Shown: one piece after another, positions 21,533 to 30,860 of the stretch
Numbering within the stretch: the first letter of the stretch is position 1
Layout of the letters: the number at the start of each line of letters is the position of its first letter
Virus record (IMG/VR): IMGVR_UViG_3300017912_000540
Span: 1 to 43,288 of that record
From: a virus
Lineage: Duplodnaviria > Caudoviricetes
Reading direction: 5' to 3' (one strand)
DNA: 43,288 bases
The notes under the pieces: model-generated
What the model was told of the DNA's origin: nothing
Seen by the model: the letters and a program-made list of their open reading frames with translations, nothing else
Databases searched by the model: none
Translations under genes and position numbers: made by a program

Positions 21533-22804
21533 TTAATGTACATCTGCCCATGTCTTGCCTTGTTTAGATTTGGCTGCGATTGGACATCTTAAGTTGTAGT
21601 ATTTTCCAGCCAATTTTGCTGAACTTTCCAGTGCTTCCATCAATACTTCCGCATAGTCAGGAAGTGTTTCATATTGCAGCTCATCATGCACGAATGCCAG
21701 TTGATGAGTGTGTAAATTTTGTGTTACCGCAAATGAATCTGCAATGCACATCCATCTTTTAGCAATAACGCCAGCACTACATTGGAGGAGATAGTTTAGC
21801 GCTTTGTGTGGGCTATCGACCAAGACTCTTCGTCCGTCAATTGCCAACAACCACCCATTAGTAGCCTTAGCTGAAACCGCTGCCAGTAAGTCAGCGAGTC
21901 CATCGATTGCAGATACAAAAGCCTTTCTAATTTCTTGTCCTTTTTTACTGGCTTCCTTGGGTTGTAAAGAGTTATCATATGATTCTCCTATTTTTTGATT
22001 TCCAGCACCATACAAGAAGGCATATGTGACAGTCTTGACTTGGCGTCTGGAGATTCCTATTTTGTCAGCGTTAACTTGGTGTATATCATCGTTCAGTAAT
22101 ATGTCGGCATATCGACCTCCGTCATATCTGCCTAAGTAATGAGCAAGCATTCTTAGTTCAATCCCGCTTAAATCCGCTCCAACCATAGTCATACCAGGGG
22201 ATGCGGTAAATAGTTCTCTAAATTCTTTATCAGCTGGAACTTGCGCTAAATTCGGTTTACGATGAGCACATCTAAATGTGTTCGTACTAACCGAGCAATG
22301 GTGATGTATCCGACCTTCAGTCGTAACAAGCCTGTTCCATGCGTTCACGCCTTCGGATATCATTCCAAGCTTCTTCTTTATCGTCAAACATTTCGCACAT
22401 AGTTTGGAGAAGGGAATATCGATCTCCATCAATGTAATCTCGTCTATAATTGGTTTCCCAGTCGTGGTGGTCTTGCTCAGTTTGACTTTGAAATGAGTCG
22501 TCAGAATCCATGCTATGTGGTCTCGTGATGTTGGGTTAAACTCCTTTATTCGTTGTATTTCACATCCTTCTCTGTATCCCTGTGTTGCGTTATTTCGTTT
22601 AGGAGTGAACAACGATCCTGCAACGTAAGGGAATTGTCCTCGAAGTATTTCTTGAGTTTCTTCCATCTCTCTTCTGAGATGTGACTCAAGTTCGAGAGCT
22701 TTTGATTCATCAAATGACCATCCATATATCTCTTGATCTGTAAGTATGTGTGCGACTTGATGTTCTAACGAACACCAGTCAGGTAAGGGCGGAAGTGTTC
22801 GCAT
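21533..22804 (-). CDS. gp5: DNA polymerase family A, polymerase domain
   Basis: DLSGIELR (motif A), KTVTYAFLYG (motif B) and VHDE (motif C). Confidence 0.95.
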   Translation of the reverse strand: MRTLPPLPDWCSLEHQVAHILTDQEIYGWSFDESKALELESHLRREMEETQEILRGQFPYVAGSLFTPKRNNATQGYREGCEIQRIKEFNPTSRDHIAWILTTHFKVKLSKTTTTGKPIIDEITLMEIDIPFSKLCAKCLTIKKKLGMISEGVNAWNRLVTTEGRIHHHCSVSTNTFRCAHRKPNLAQVPADKEFRELFTASPGMTMVGADLSGIELRMLAHYLGRYDGGRYADILLNDDIHQVNADKIGISRRQVKTVTYAFLYGAGNQKIGESYDNSLQPKEASKKGQEIRKAFVSAIDGLADLLAAVSAKATNGWLLAIDGRRVLVDSPHKALNYLLQCSAGVIAKRWMCIADSFAVTQNLHTHQLAFVHDELQYETLPDYAEVLMEALESSAKLAGKYYNLRCPIAAKSKQGKTWADVH

Positions 22805-23298
22805 AATTTAGTTGTTACTTGTACGTCTTGTACGCAATAATCTTGCATTTCTTGTGACCAATCTTTCCAGTCACTTGTCTTCCCAAATTCACCTTTATAT
22901 TCTCCTAACCTATATCCATAAGCTTCTAAAGAATGTCTACCATATAGTTGTAATGGCATCCTTGCTACGTTTCTTTTCTTATCTATCTCCATCATGTTTG
23001 GATGATACAGCCTAGATAAAGTAAGAGTATCAATAACATTCCTACAAGGCTCAAACCAAGAATAAATTTTCCGAAGAACAGGTAAATCGTAACCAATAAT
23101 ATTGTGACCAACGATAAGATCAGCATGGGTGAGCCAATGCAGAGCTTCCGTGATCGGGTAGCAGTCACTACCTTGATTATTAAATACGAAGGTTTTCTCC
23201 TTTTGGGAGTCATAGATGGCGATGCAATGTATCTCAGAAACGTCATGTAATAGTCCGTTAGTTTCGCAATCAAAGACGAGCATTTGTTTTTCCGACAT
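22765..23298 (-). CDS. DNA polymerase 3'-5' proofreading exonuclease domain as a separate ORF (likely start 23283)
   Basis: FDCETNG (ExoI), GHNIIGYD (ExoII) and YCVQDV (ExoIII). Confidence 0.92.
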   Translation of the reverse strand: MSEKQMLVFDCETNGLLHDVSEIHCIAIYDSQKEKTFVFNNQGSDCYPITEALHWLTHADLIVGHNIIGYDLPVLRKIYSWFEPCRNVIDTLTLSRLYHPNMMEIDKKRNVARMPLQLYGRHSLEAYGYRLGEYKGEFGKTSDWKDWSQEMQDYCVQDVQVTTKLCEHFRPYLTGVR

Positions 23299-23407
23299 AT
23301 GTCTTGTCCTTAAACTTTGCTTTTTTCTTTGCTTGTTTAGAGGGTGGGTTTGGTTTCTTCAGCTCAGAAGTCTGTGCTGGGATTGAAAATTGGGTCTGTA
23401 GTTTCAT
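23270..23407 (-). CDS. Putative 45-aa basic microprotein bridging helicase and polymerase
   Basis: MKLQTQFSIPAQTSELKKPNPPSKQAKKKAKFKDKTYVGKTNARL*; fills the gap and overlaps both genes. Confidence 0.45.
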   Translation of the reverse strand: MKLQTQFSIPAQTSELKKPNPPSKQAKKKAKFKDKTYVGKTNARL

Positions 23408-24935
23408 TGAATTTACAGGTGGTTTTGTTGTACTTCAATTGAGCAGCTACACCTGTCTCTCCTGAGTATCTGTTCTTTAATACTCTTAAAGTTGAGACAT
23501 CATCAGGGTTCTGCTGATCGCGCTCTAGAGCTAAAACTGTGTCAGACAACTGGGAAATTGAAGCTGATCCTCTCAGCATTCCAATTGATACCTTTTGTCC
23601 GTCTTCTATTGCCTTATCTCCTTGCGCTCTTCTTAAGTGAGAAACTAAAAATAATTTAATTCCTGTTCTTTCAACCAGACTCCTTAAGTTAGTCATGGTT
23701 TGATCTATCATTCTTCTCTCATCTCCATCTAATCCACTAAGTAGTATGGATAAGTGGTCGAGGAATATAACTTTTATATCTAAGCCCAGAGCCATATATT
23801 CGATACGACTGTAGATAATATCCGCAGATAAACTACCAAAATGGTCGTATAAATAAAGGTTCCAACCAGAGATAGTGGAATCGTAAGCATCTTTAAGGGT
23901 GGTGTATTCATGTTCGCCAAGGTGCAGGGCTTTACCCACAGCTACTGACATAAGTCCTAAAGCTGTTCGCCTGTTAGATTCTTCTAATGCGATGTAACCG
24001 ACTTTGGTTCCTGTGTTCAACAGCTCAGTCGCGAGCTGACGACAGAAGGTTGATTTACCTTGTCCAGTCCCTGCTGTTATCGTGGTAAGTTCTCCATAGC
24101 GAATGCCATGGGTCATAGATTGCAGTCCAGGAAAGGGATATGAGTGATTACAAGGTAAGCTGGGAGTAGTTACTTGTTCTAGTAACGACTTGCCATCAAC
24201 GATGCCATCCGGTTGATACGCTTTCGCATCCCAGATAGCCCTTCTGATAGCGTCTTTGTCATTTGCTTGGAGCGCATCTGACGCATCTTTGTATTGCTCC
24301 AATCTCGCAATTTTGACTTTACCGAGCGGGAGTATTGATGCTGCTTGTTCGACAGCTCGTCTTCCGGCATCGTCATTGTCGAAGAATAATACGATCTCCT
24401 CATAGCCTTGTAGTAAAGGTATTTGTTTTTGTAAATCCTTTCTGGCTCCCGCTGCCCCATGTGGTAGCGAAACCATCGGCCAGTTCTCCATCGCTTCATA
24501 ACAGCTCGCAGCATCTAGTTCACCTTCAGTAATAACAATACGTTTACCAGTACTAGGGAATAAATGCTGACCAAATAAGGTGTCAGTGGGAACTCCCTCA
24601 TACTTAAAGTTCTTTAATTTGTCTTTTGTTTTGAATCCCCTAAGGCATCCAGAGCCATCGAAATAAGGGAAGCGTAAGTGTGTCTCGTCTCGATAGATTT
24701 TGTATTTTTCGCAGGTTTTTTCGCTAATTCCTCGTTTTTGCAGCCTTTGGGCTGATCCTTTAAAACTAACATTGCTTTGCATTTGATGAGTGTGTAATTG
24801 CCCATCTCCAGCCTTCCTAGTATGACAACTGAAACAGAAGGTATGACCGTCCGTGTACACAGCTAGTGCATCGGACGAGCCACAGTCTGGACATGGATCG
24901 TGTCTAATAAATTCGCTTTCTGTCATGTCAGCCAA
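23364..24935 (-). CDS. gp4: DNA primase/helicase
   Basis: Zn ribbon CPDC..CFSC, TOPRIM TEGELDA, Walker A AGTGQGKS, and LRGS/KNR motifs. Confidence 0.97.
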   Translation of the reverse strand: MADMTESEFIRHDPCPDCGSSDALAVYTDGHTFCFSCHTRKAGDGQLHTHQMQSNVSFKGSAQRLQKRGISEKTCEKYKIYRDETHLRFPYFDGSGCLRGFKTKDKLKNFKYEGVPTDTLFGQHLFPSTGKRIVITEGELDAASCYEAMENWPMVSLPHGAAGARKDLQKQIPLLQGYEEIVLFFDNDDAGRRAVEQAASILPLGKVKIARLEQYKDASDALQANDKDAIRRAIWDAKAYQPDGIVDGKSLLEQVTTPSLPCNHSYPFPGLQSMTHGIRYGELTTITAGTGQGKSTFCRQLATELLNTGTKVGYIALEESNRRTALGLMSVAVGKALHLGEHEYTTLKDAYDSTISGWNLYLYDHFGSLSADIIYSRIEYMALGLDIKVIFLDHLSILLSGLDGDERRMIDQTMTNLRSLVERTGIKLFLVSHLRRAQGDKAIEDGQKVSIGMLRGSASISQLSDTVLALERDQQNPDDVSTLRVLKNRYSGETGVAAQLKYNKTTCKFNETTDPIFNPSTDF

Positions 24936-25273
24936 TCAATAGATATGGCGTGAAAAGAACACCATTTAATTCCGTATCTCTGACACCACTTTGCATAGGT
25001 AGTCTTTGATTTTTTACTAATCTTTTTATATGGGTCTTGAAAGACAATTCTTAAGTCTATACCTGGATTCTCAGCTATTACTTGTTTTATTTTTCGTCTA
25101 TCTTCAGGTCGCCAATATCCTTTAGTTTCTAATATGACTCCATTTGGAAGAATGAAATCAGGGGTGTATTGGTGTTGAATCGTATAAGGAAAACTCTGTC
25201 CTTCATACTCATAATCAACACCTAGCTCACATAAAAGATCAGAGACTTTTTCCTCTAATCCTGACTTGAACAT
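24923..25273 (-). CDS. gp3: Endonuclease I (junction resolvase)
   Basis: SGLE, YTPDF and ETKG motifs. Confidence 0.95.
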   Translation of the reverse strand: MFKSGLEEKVSDLLCELGVDYEYEGQSFPYTIQHQYTPDFILPNGVILETKGYWRPEDRRKIKQVIAENPGIDLRIVFQDPYKKISKKSKTTYAKWCQRYGIKWCSFHAISIDWLT

Positions 25274-25842
25274 TAGAAGTCATCGTCAGGAACAGGAGCT
25301 TCTTCAGTTGGTGTAACGTTTGGATCATCAGCTTTAAAGCCAGATGTTTTACCAAACAATTCTGCTACACCATCTTCATCTAAGTCACCAGTGTCTACAC
25401 CAGCTCCTGATTGAATAGACACTACCTGAATCCCAGATAGTTTTAATGACGTACCATAAGTAACGCCATCACGGAGTATGTAAGGTTTTTGATGGAAACC
25501 AAGTTTAACCTTGGAGCCTTCATACACTGGTGTGTCCTCGTTGGTTATTGGTGTACCTTCTGTATCGACTACTGGAGGACGTTTATCCTCCGCCCATGAA
25601 AACTTAATTATAAATTTTCCTTTCTCTACCTCTTCCCAAGGAGTTGGCTTAAGTGTTGCCCTCTTTGGATTCTTTAGCTTTGACTCTGCCCATTTAAGAC
25701 AGTCAGCTCTTTCTTCCTCAAGTTTGTCAACTACATCACTATCGACTACAGCCTTAAGTGAATAGCCAAACTTACTTGGCTTTAATATCGCCTGATAACC
25801 TTCAAGGGTTACAGGATTTGGTGTTACGTGAATGTTCTTCAT
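25273..25842 (-). CDS. gp2.5: Single-stranded DNA-binding protein
   Basis: Position after RNAP, G.SLKLSGIQV motif and acidic tail ending in F. Confidence 0.9.
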   Translation of the reverse strand: MKNIHVTPNPVTLEGYQAILKPSKFGYSLKAVVDSDVVDKLEEERADCLKWAESKLKNPKRATLKPTPWEEVEKGKFIIKFSWAEDKRPPVVDTEGTPITNEDTPVYEGSKVKLGFHQKPYILRDGVTYGTSLKLSGIQVVSIQSGAGVDTGDLDEDGVAELFGKTSGFKADDPNVTPTEEAPVPDDDF

Positions 25843-28178
25843 TAACAGAAAAAATAAGTGGATTCAATTACGGATTCCGGTTTAAGGTCTCCAATAATCG
25901 GTGGTTCAGTCTTTGCATTAATTGCTTTTGCAAAGTCTTTTAAAAAATCATGCTCCGCAAACAGGTGCATGTATGTGTCCCGTACCAATGTGGACAGGTT
26001 AGTCATATCTGTAGCCCTACATAGAACTGAATCATGTATAAGAGCTATAGGTGCATTAAATTTAGTAGCACTTAAATGTAATAAGCTTGCGTCTAATGAA
26101 TGGATTAAGTTTGGTGCTGTCGCATTCTTGTGATGTCTAAGGTCTACGCCCTTCTCTCCGTCCATAACCTTTATTCGACAACGACCCATTAAATGTAGTT
26201 CAACATTTTTGTGATCGTATTTCATAAGGCGTTGGTTCACTCTGAAACCAGAGGGAGTTACCCAAGTAATCTCTTCAGCTCCTTCCTTAATTGCATTAGA
26301 CACCTCTTGTTCAATCCATCGCATAACCTTCATAGGTCCTGGTACGACTGCCTCCATGGCATCTCTAACGGCTTTAACAATTTGCGTTAGTTCATCATTA
26401 TCAACCTCAATATCTATATCTTCAAATGCATCTCGAATATATTGTCTATTGCTAAAAGGCTTTGCGTTATACGGTATCGTCATCACACATCTTTTAGTTT
26501 TCTTTCTATCCCAGTAAGGTTTTAATCTTTCAGGTATATGTTCTAGACTTTTCTCTGCAATAACTCTATAAGCATCTTGAGGTTTATCACTTGGTATTAC
26601 ATTGACCAAGCTTGCCGTGGACTTATCCCTTGCTAAACCTGCCAGTATCTGTAGACCTGAGCATGTTGCATCGGTTGCCACGGGTAATCCTGTAATAGGT
26701 CTATCAAAGACCATACAGCAATGGAAGTATTCTTCACATGCAGCCAAGAATTGGAACGGTTCGTCTGCTGCTTCCCAATCTCCTATGTTGTTGATTGGGT
26801 CTGTTGCTACTCGTTTGATTAACTTTATATTTTCTGGTTCGTTTACCCAAGCTAACCGCTCCTCCATAGTCGCTTTATCAAGACCATAAGTTGTAGCCAC
26901 TTGGAAAGCTAACCATTTCATCCCATCCTCAGTTATAGGTGCTTCATCAGCAAACCTAATTAAACTTTTTCCAAAGTCTGTATCTTGAGGTGTTAAGAAG
27001 CTAGGTATTGGATATGCTCTACCACGATAGTCGAAACTCCAAGGAATAAAGTACTCCTTGTCTTTAAACTCTCTGACACAATTCATTGTCATCCGAGTTC
27101 TACAAGAGATCCTCCACTCATTAGCATTCTTATTACGTGCTATTGCTTTATCCTTTCTCCATTGTTTTCTACTCTCTTCATCCTCCATATCTGGAGGTTT
27201 AGGAGGGTCGGGATGATTAATAACAGGACGAAATTTTCCTACCTCTATTTCTCTCTCCTCTAGTTCTTCCGCAACCATTACTATGAATGGGTTTAAACGG
27301 TATTTAACTTTCTGTATTTCATTAAGGAATTGATAGGTAGTTTCCCCCTGTATACGTAGGGGTTTACCCCTTCTCACCATTTCATGGCATTTAGTTAAAT
27401 CATTTAGATAATATCCACCGTCATGCATAGGAGACCAATCTCTTGGTTCAATGAGCATCGGCCACGCCAATGGGCTAAATAATTCAGCTAATCTTATAAT
27501 TTCTTCCTTATTTTTATGAAACTTATCTGTAGGTACAACGAACTGTTGTGTCTTGCCACGATGCATGGAAAGTTCTCTTTCAAACCATTCAGAGGATTCC
27601 ATTAGGCAATCTAAAAACCAAGTTCCTACCTTGATACGTTCAATCCTGTTCCATGGCTTCCATCGTTCTAAGTCTTCGTGTTTATTCATCAAGGTTGTCA
27701 TGGATTTAGCTTTGTAAGCTGTACCTTTTGCTTGATGCCAATAATTTTTCTTTAATGTCTCAAAAAGCCCTGGAGCACTGGATTCATAGTATCTCATCTG
27801 GCATTCAGCCTCTAAAGCCGAACCGATTGCCTGTACGACATTAGCGACCTTGCTATTGTCCTTACGTGGGGAGAATATCTTATCAAAGGTTATCTTTGCA
27901 GTTATTGCTGCTTGCGATTCTGAATCGAGAGAAATTAAATAAGGTATTAAAAGTAATTGTCTACCTACTAATAACTTCTGTCTTTCTTCTTTCTTTCTAT
28001 CAATATATTGTACTAAATAGGGCAAAAGGGTTTCTATTGATGACGAACCAAAAACTGTGGCTGAAGCATAATCCTTGTCTAATAGCTTTTTAGTATTTGA
28101 CCTGAATCGCTCTAAACCACCCTTAATCTGTTTCCGTTCAAACCTCTCTTGCATCTCTAAATCAGCAGTTGTAGGCAT
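25842..28178 (-). CDS. gp1: Single-subunit phage RNA polymerase (short 778-aa cyanophage type)
   Basis: DYRGRAY, DATCSGLQ, KRCVMTIPY, PNLIHSLD and IHDS motifs. Confidence 0.98.
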   Translation of the reverse strand: MPTTADLEMQERFERKQIKGGLERFRSNTKKLLDKDYASATVFGSSSIETLLPYLVQYIDRKKEERQKLLVGRQLLLIPYLISLDSESQAAITAKITFDKIFSPRKDNSKVANVVQAIGSALEAECQMRYYESSAPGLFETLKKNYWHQAKGTAYKAKSMTTLMNKHEDLERWKPWNRIERIKVGTWFLDCLMESSEWFERELSMHRGKTQQFVVPTDKFHKNKEEIIRLAELFSPLAWPMLIEPRDWSPMHDGGYYLNDLTKCHEMVRRGKPLRIQGETTYQFLNEIQKVKYRLNPFIVMVAEELEEREIEVGKFRPVINHPDPPKPPDMEDEESRKQWRKDKAIARNKNANEWRISCRTRMTMNCVREFKDKEYFIPWSFDYRGRAYPIPSFLTPQDTDFGKSLIRFADEAPITEDGMKWLAFQVATTYGLDKATMEERLAWVNEPENIKLIKRVATDPINNIGDWEAADEPFQFLAACEEYFHCCMVFDRPITGLPVATDATCSGLQILAGLARDKSTASLVNVIPSDKPQDAYRVIAEKSLEHIPERLKPYWDRKKTKRCVMTIPYNAKPFSNRQYIRDAFEDIDIEVDNDELTQIVKAVRDAMEAVVPGPMKVMRWIEQEVSNAIKEGAEEITWVTPSGFRVNQRLMKYDHKNVELHLMGRCRIKVMDGEKGVDLRHHKNATAPNLIHSLDASLLHLSATKFNAPIALIHDSVLCRATDMTNLSTLVRDTYMHLFAEHDFLKDFAKAINAKTEPPIIGDLKPESVIESTYFFC

Positions 28179-28243
28179 GTGATGAGTGTGTTAAATGTGC
28201 GCTAGATATAAGTTGGATAAATGTCCTTAAGTGGACAGGTTAT

Positions 28244-28278
28244 AAAATAAGAAAGCGACTGGCTTTTGACCAATCGCT
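28244..28278 (-). terminator. Intrinsic terminator between attP and RNAP
   Basis: AGCGATTGG-TCAAAAG-CCAGTCGCT followed by TTCTTATTTT. Confidence 0.7.
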
Positions 28279-28318
28279 AGTATGTGCTGTACGCTAGTGT
28301 ATCTTATATTTGGTTAGT

Positions 28319-28357
28319 TTTTAAGTCCGGCGCGTCTACCAATTCCGCCACACTCCC
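28319..28357 (-). mobile_element. attP core: 5' half of tRNA-Leu(TAA)
   Basis: GGGAGTGTGGCGGAATTGGTAGACGCGCCGGACTTAAAA covers the acceptor 5' strand, D-arm and anticodon loop, then similarity stops. It lies about 90 nt downstream of the integrase. Confidence 0.9.
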
Positions 28358-28376
28358 AAGGGATTTGACCATATTG

Positions 28377-28385
28377 ATTATAACA
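28377..28385 (-). promoter_or_regulatory. Extended -10 host promoter (TGnTATAAT) upstream of the tRNA half
   Basis: TGTTATAAT ends 19 nt before G1 of the tRNA-Leu fragment. Confidence 0.6.
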
Positions 28386-28448
28386 AACGCGCTTAACATA
28401 ACAAAAATCCGTCATAAAAATACTTGTTTAGAGACAGCAGTGGACGCG

Positions 28449-29321
28449 CTAGATATTGTTGATATCATGCTGCTTACCTTCATCGGTAGCATGACCATAT
28501 CCAAGCGTTGTCGCTATGTTCGCATGACCCATCATCTCCATGAGATTTCTAGGTTTTGTGCCACCAGCGAAATGCCATGTACCAAATGAATGGCGTAGGC
28601 TGTGGAAACAATATCCGTCCTCGCTGGCAAGGTTAATTGGATATCTGTTTATTACCTTTTTAAAGGCACGTAGTAATTGATCCTTATCTTTCCAGTCGTA
28701 ACCAAACACTAAATCCCTCGCACCCAAGTCCTGGACACGGGTTTGGAGCATATGCTTTAACGATGAATGAATAGGAACAGCACGATACGTACCAGTCTTG
28801 GTAGTATCTTCTCTTCTTGCACCTACATGAATGCAGTTTTGTAAGAAGTCAATACGTGATGCTGTTAACTTTAGGATCTCTCCTTGTCTCATGCCTGTAT
28901 AGGCAGCAAAGTTAACAATGTCAGCTAAGTCTTGTCGTCCATGTACTTCCACGGCTGCGGTTACAATGGCTTCGACTTCATCCTTAGTGAAATGAATGCG
29001 CTGATATTTATTCTCTTTAAGTTTTTTCCATTTAGGAATCTCAAAGAAAATTAATCCGTGATCTTTACAGTGATTGAGTACTGTTTTTATAGAAGACAGA
29101 CATCTATTAATTGTGGCGTTCGCACGTCCTTCAATCTTGAGATGGTTCTTAAGTTCATCTATCAATGGAATAGTGATCTTTTCTACAGGGAAACCTAGTC
29201 CTCTAAACTCTGTAAAATAATTAGCATATGTAATAGCTGATTTTGCGCCAGTACCATACATCCAAGAATCACGAGTGTTTATAGTATGTTTGAGGCAATT
29301 ACCCCAAGTCGCTTTGACCAT
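28449..29321 (-). CDS. int: Tyrosine integrase
   Basis: TGMRQGEI, TK, HSLRH and MGH...TT..Y catalytic residues. Confidence 0.96.
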   Translation of the reverse strand: MVKATWGNCLKHTINTRDSWMYGTGAKSAITYANYFTEFRGLGFPVEKITIPLIDELKNHLKIEGRANATINRCLSSIKTVLNHCKDHGLIFFEIPKWKKLKENKYQRIHFTKDEVEAIVTAAVEVHGRQDLADIVNFAAYTGMRQGEILKLTASRIDFLQNCIHVGARREDTTKTGTYRAVPIHSSLKHMLQTRVQDLGARDLVFGYDWKDKDQLLRAFKKVINRYPINLASEDGYCFHSLRHSFGTWHFAGGTKPRNLMEMMGHANIATTLGYGHATDEGKQHDINNI

Positions 29322-29673
29322 AAAGAATCCGTTTAAGTTGGTTTACAAGTATTCGACCTTTAGGACTTAACTTAACTATCTGCTTCCTTCTGTTAGTTGG
29401 ATCTCGATACTTAATTAACAGTCCTAGTCCGGCTTTATTCAATCTATGAAACTCACTGAGCCAATCAGTATTACGGCTACCACTTGCGCTTGAGAAAGCG
29501 AGTGCCTTTTCCAGATCGACCTTAGCGCAGTCGTCATGGGAAGCGACATATAAGAAAGTAGCAATAACTTGGGCAGGTATTTCTTTATCTAATGTACGAA
29601 AATGTTCAATTGCTTGTGCCAGCTTCGCCATTTGATAATCCGTCACCACCCTGCTTGGGTCTGAGTTCGTCAT
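29299..29673 (-). CDS. MarR-like winged-helix regulator
   Basis: HTH followed by the DPTNRR...LSPKG wing motif. Confidence 0.8.
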   Translation of the reverse strand: MTNSDPSRVVTDYQMAKLAQAIEHFRTLDKEIPAQVIATFLYVASHDDCAKVDLEKALAFSSASGSRNTDWLSEFHRLNKAGLGLLIKYRDPTNRRKQIVKLSPKGRILVNQLKRILYGQSDLG

Positions 29674-29791
29674 TGGATTTAGCTGATGGACACTGGTATT
29701 CTAGCAAAAAATTACCTAAGTGGATAGAAACATCACAAAAATTTTCTTTTTCTACTCCAATATAAAAGGAGCCAAATGAAAGAAGTTGCAT
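29606..29791 (-). CDS. Hypothetical protein
   Basis: AAGGAGA Shine-Dalgarno before the ATG; fits the gene packing. Confidence 0.55.
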   Translation of the reverse strand: MQLLSFGSFYIGVEKENFCDVSIHLGNFLLEYQCPSAKSNDELRPKQGGDGLSNGEAGTSN

Positions 29792-29800
29792 AGAGTCTCC

Positions 29801-29944
29801 TTAATTTGTTCTACGTACACTACAAGCATTTTTGTCATCTTGCAGTTGTTGTAACATTATGTTAACTAATTCATCCTTATGTGGATGCTTCTGTATCTGT
29901 TGTAACAATTCGGCAGATCTGATTGCAAATGTTCTGTTATTCAT
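29801..29944 (-). CDS. Hypothetical 47-aa protein
   Basis: MNNRTFAIRSAELLQQIQKHPHKDELVNIMLQQLQDD...; fills the gap and overlaps the upstream stop. Confidence 0.65.
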   Translation of the reverse strand: MNNRTFAIRSAELLQQIQKHPHKDELVNIMLQQLQDDKNACSVRRTN

Positions 29945-30269
29945 TATTGAAATCAATTGATAAATCGGATGGTTTTAAGTGATACATGCCTTCCATGGTT
30001 GCCATGTATATTTCTTTGTTTTCGTGCATACATTTAGTAATGCAGTTCTTCGCACCTCGTTCGGTGTTGTAGAACTTTTCTGAATATTTGCCATTGCTAT
30101 CCTTCATACGGATAATGCAGTAGACAGACTCAGGTATCTGATAGCCATATATTTTCCAGTCCTCAAACTGTTCGTATGGCATCGAAGGAAAGTACTTATC
30201 AGGTGTATTTCTTATCGCTTCACAGCTGTTAGGGAAATACCTCTGACCCTTATTTGGTTTACGTTTCAT
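29937..30269 (-). CDS. Hypothetical early protein
   Basis: 110 aa; ATGA-coupled to the upstream ORF. Confidence 0.75.
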   Translation of the reverse strand: MKRKPNKGQRYFPNSCEAIRNTPDKYFPSMPYEQFEDWKIYGYQIPESVYCIIRMKDSNGKYSEKFYNTERGAKNCITKCMHENKEIYMATMEGMYHLKPSDLSIDFNNE

Positions 30270-30442
30270 AATGGATAACTCCCTGTAATTGGTTTAATGT
30301 CGATTAGCTCAAAACCCCTGGTATCACACCAGTCCTTGGCTTTCCACGCTATGTCTTCATGGTCGTGTCCTTCCATAAAGTGCCAACGCCAATCGTGTTC
30401 CCAACAACGTTTGTTGCTGTATTCAACTTGATAAGACTGCAC
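30266..30442 (-). CDS. Hypothetical 58-aa protein (GTG start)
   Basis: AGGAGG Shine-Dalgarno; MQSYQVEYSNKRCWEHDWRWHF...LIDIKP; stop overlaps the next ATG. Confidence 0.7.
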   Translation of the reverse strand: MQSYQVEYSNKRCWEHDWRWHFMEGHDHEDIAWKAKDWCDTRGFELIDIKPITGSYPL

Positions 30443-30522
30443 CTGTGTACCTCCTATTGATGAGTGTGTTAAATACCTGTCTCTTACGAGGGGTTTACTG
30501 ACTGTCAGGCGTAGTCACTTGG

Positions 30523-30705
30523 TTACAAGTAATTAGTTTCTTTATATTGTTCAAGTACTTTCTTTAGTTTTGCTGGCTTGATACGTACGTCCATGTAGAG
30601 AACGCAATGCTCTGCTGCTCTACGTACTGTGTCATCATCCCAATCGGGTTGAGCTTTGCGTATAGCAGCTGAATAGTTCAGTGTTTGTTTAACGTCTATA
30701 GTCAT
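30523..30705 (-). CDS. Hypothetical early protein
   Basis: Likely start MTIDVKQ, ATGA-coupled to the upstream ORF. Confidence 0.65.
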   Translation of the reverse strand: MTIDVKQTLNYSAAIRKAQPDWDDDTVRRAAEHCVLYMDVRIKPAKLKKVLEQYKETNYL

Positions 30706-30860
30706 CTGTTTATTTGGAAATGTCCTTGACAATCGAATGTCCATATAAATGAATCATCAATTGGAAATTCTTTTTTAATACGGGTGTCAATGATCTGTGC
30801 TATTGAGTTTCTATCTGCAACAGTTAAGTAATCATTTACGTTTATGTCCTTAGTTCTCAT
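30702..30860 (-). CDS. Hypothetical 52-aa protein
   Basis: MRTKDINVNDYLTVADRNSIAQIID...; ATGA overlaps at both ends. Confidence 0.65.
   Translation of the reverse strand: MRTKDINVNDYLTVADRNSIAQIIDTRIKKEFPIDDSFIWTFDCQGHFQINR

Noticed and set aside
28319-28357. A complete tRNA-Leu gene
   Set aside because: Similarity stops after the anticodon loop; no variable arm, T-arm or 3' acceptor strand follows.
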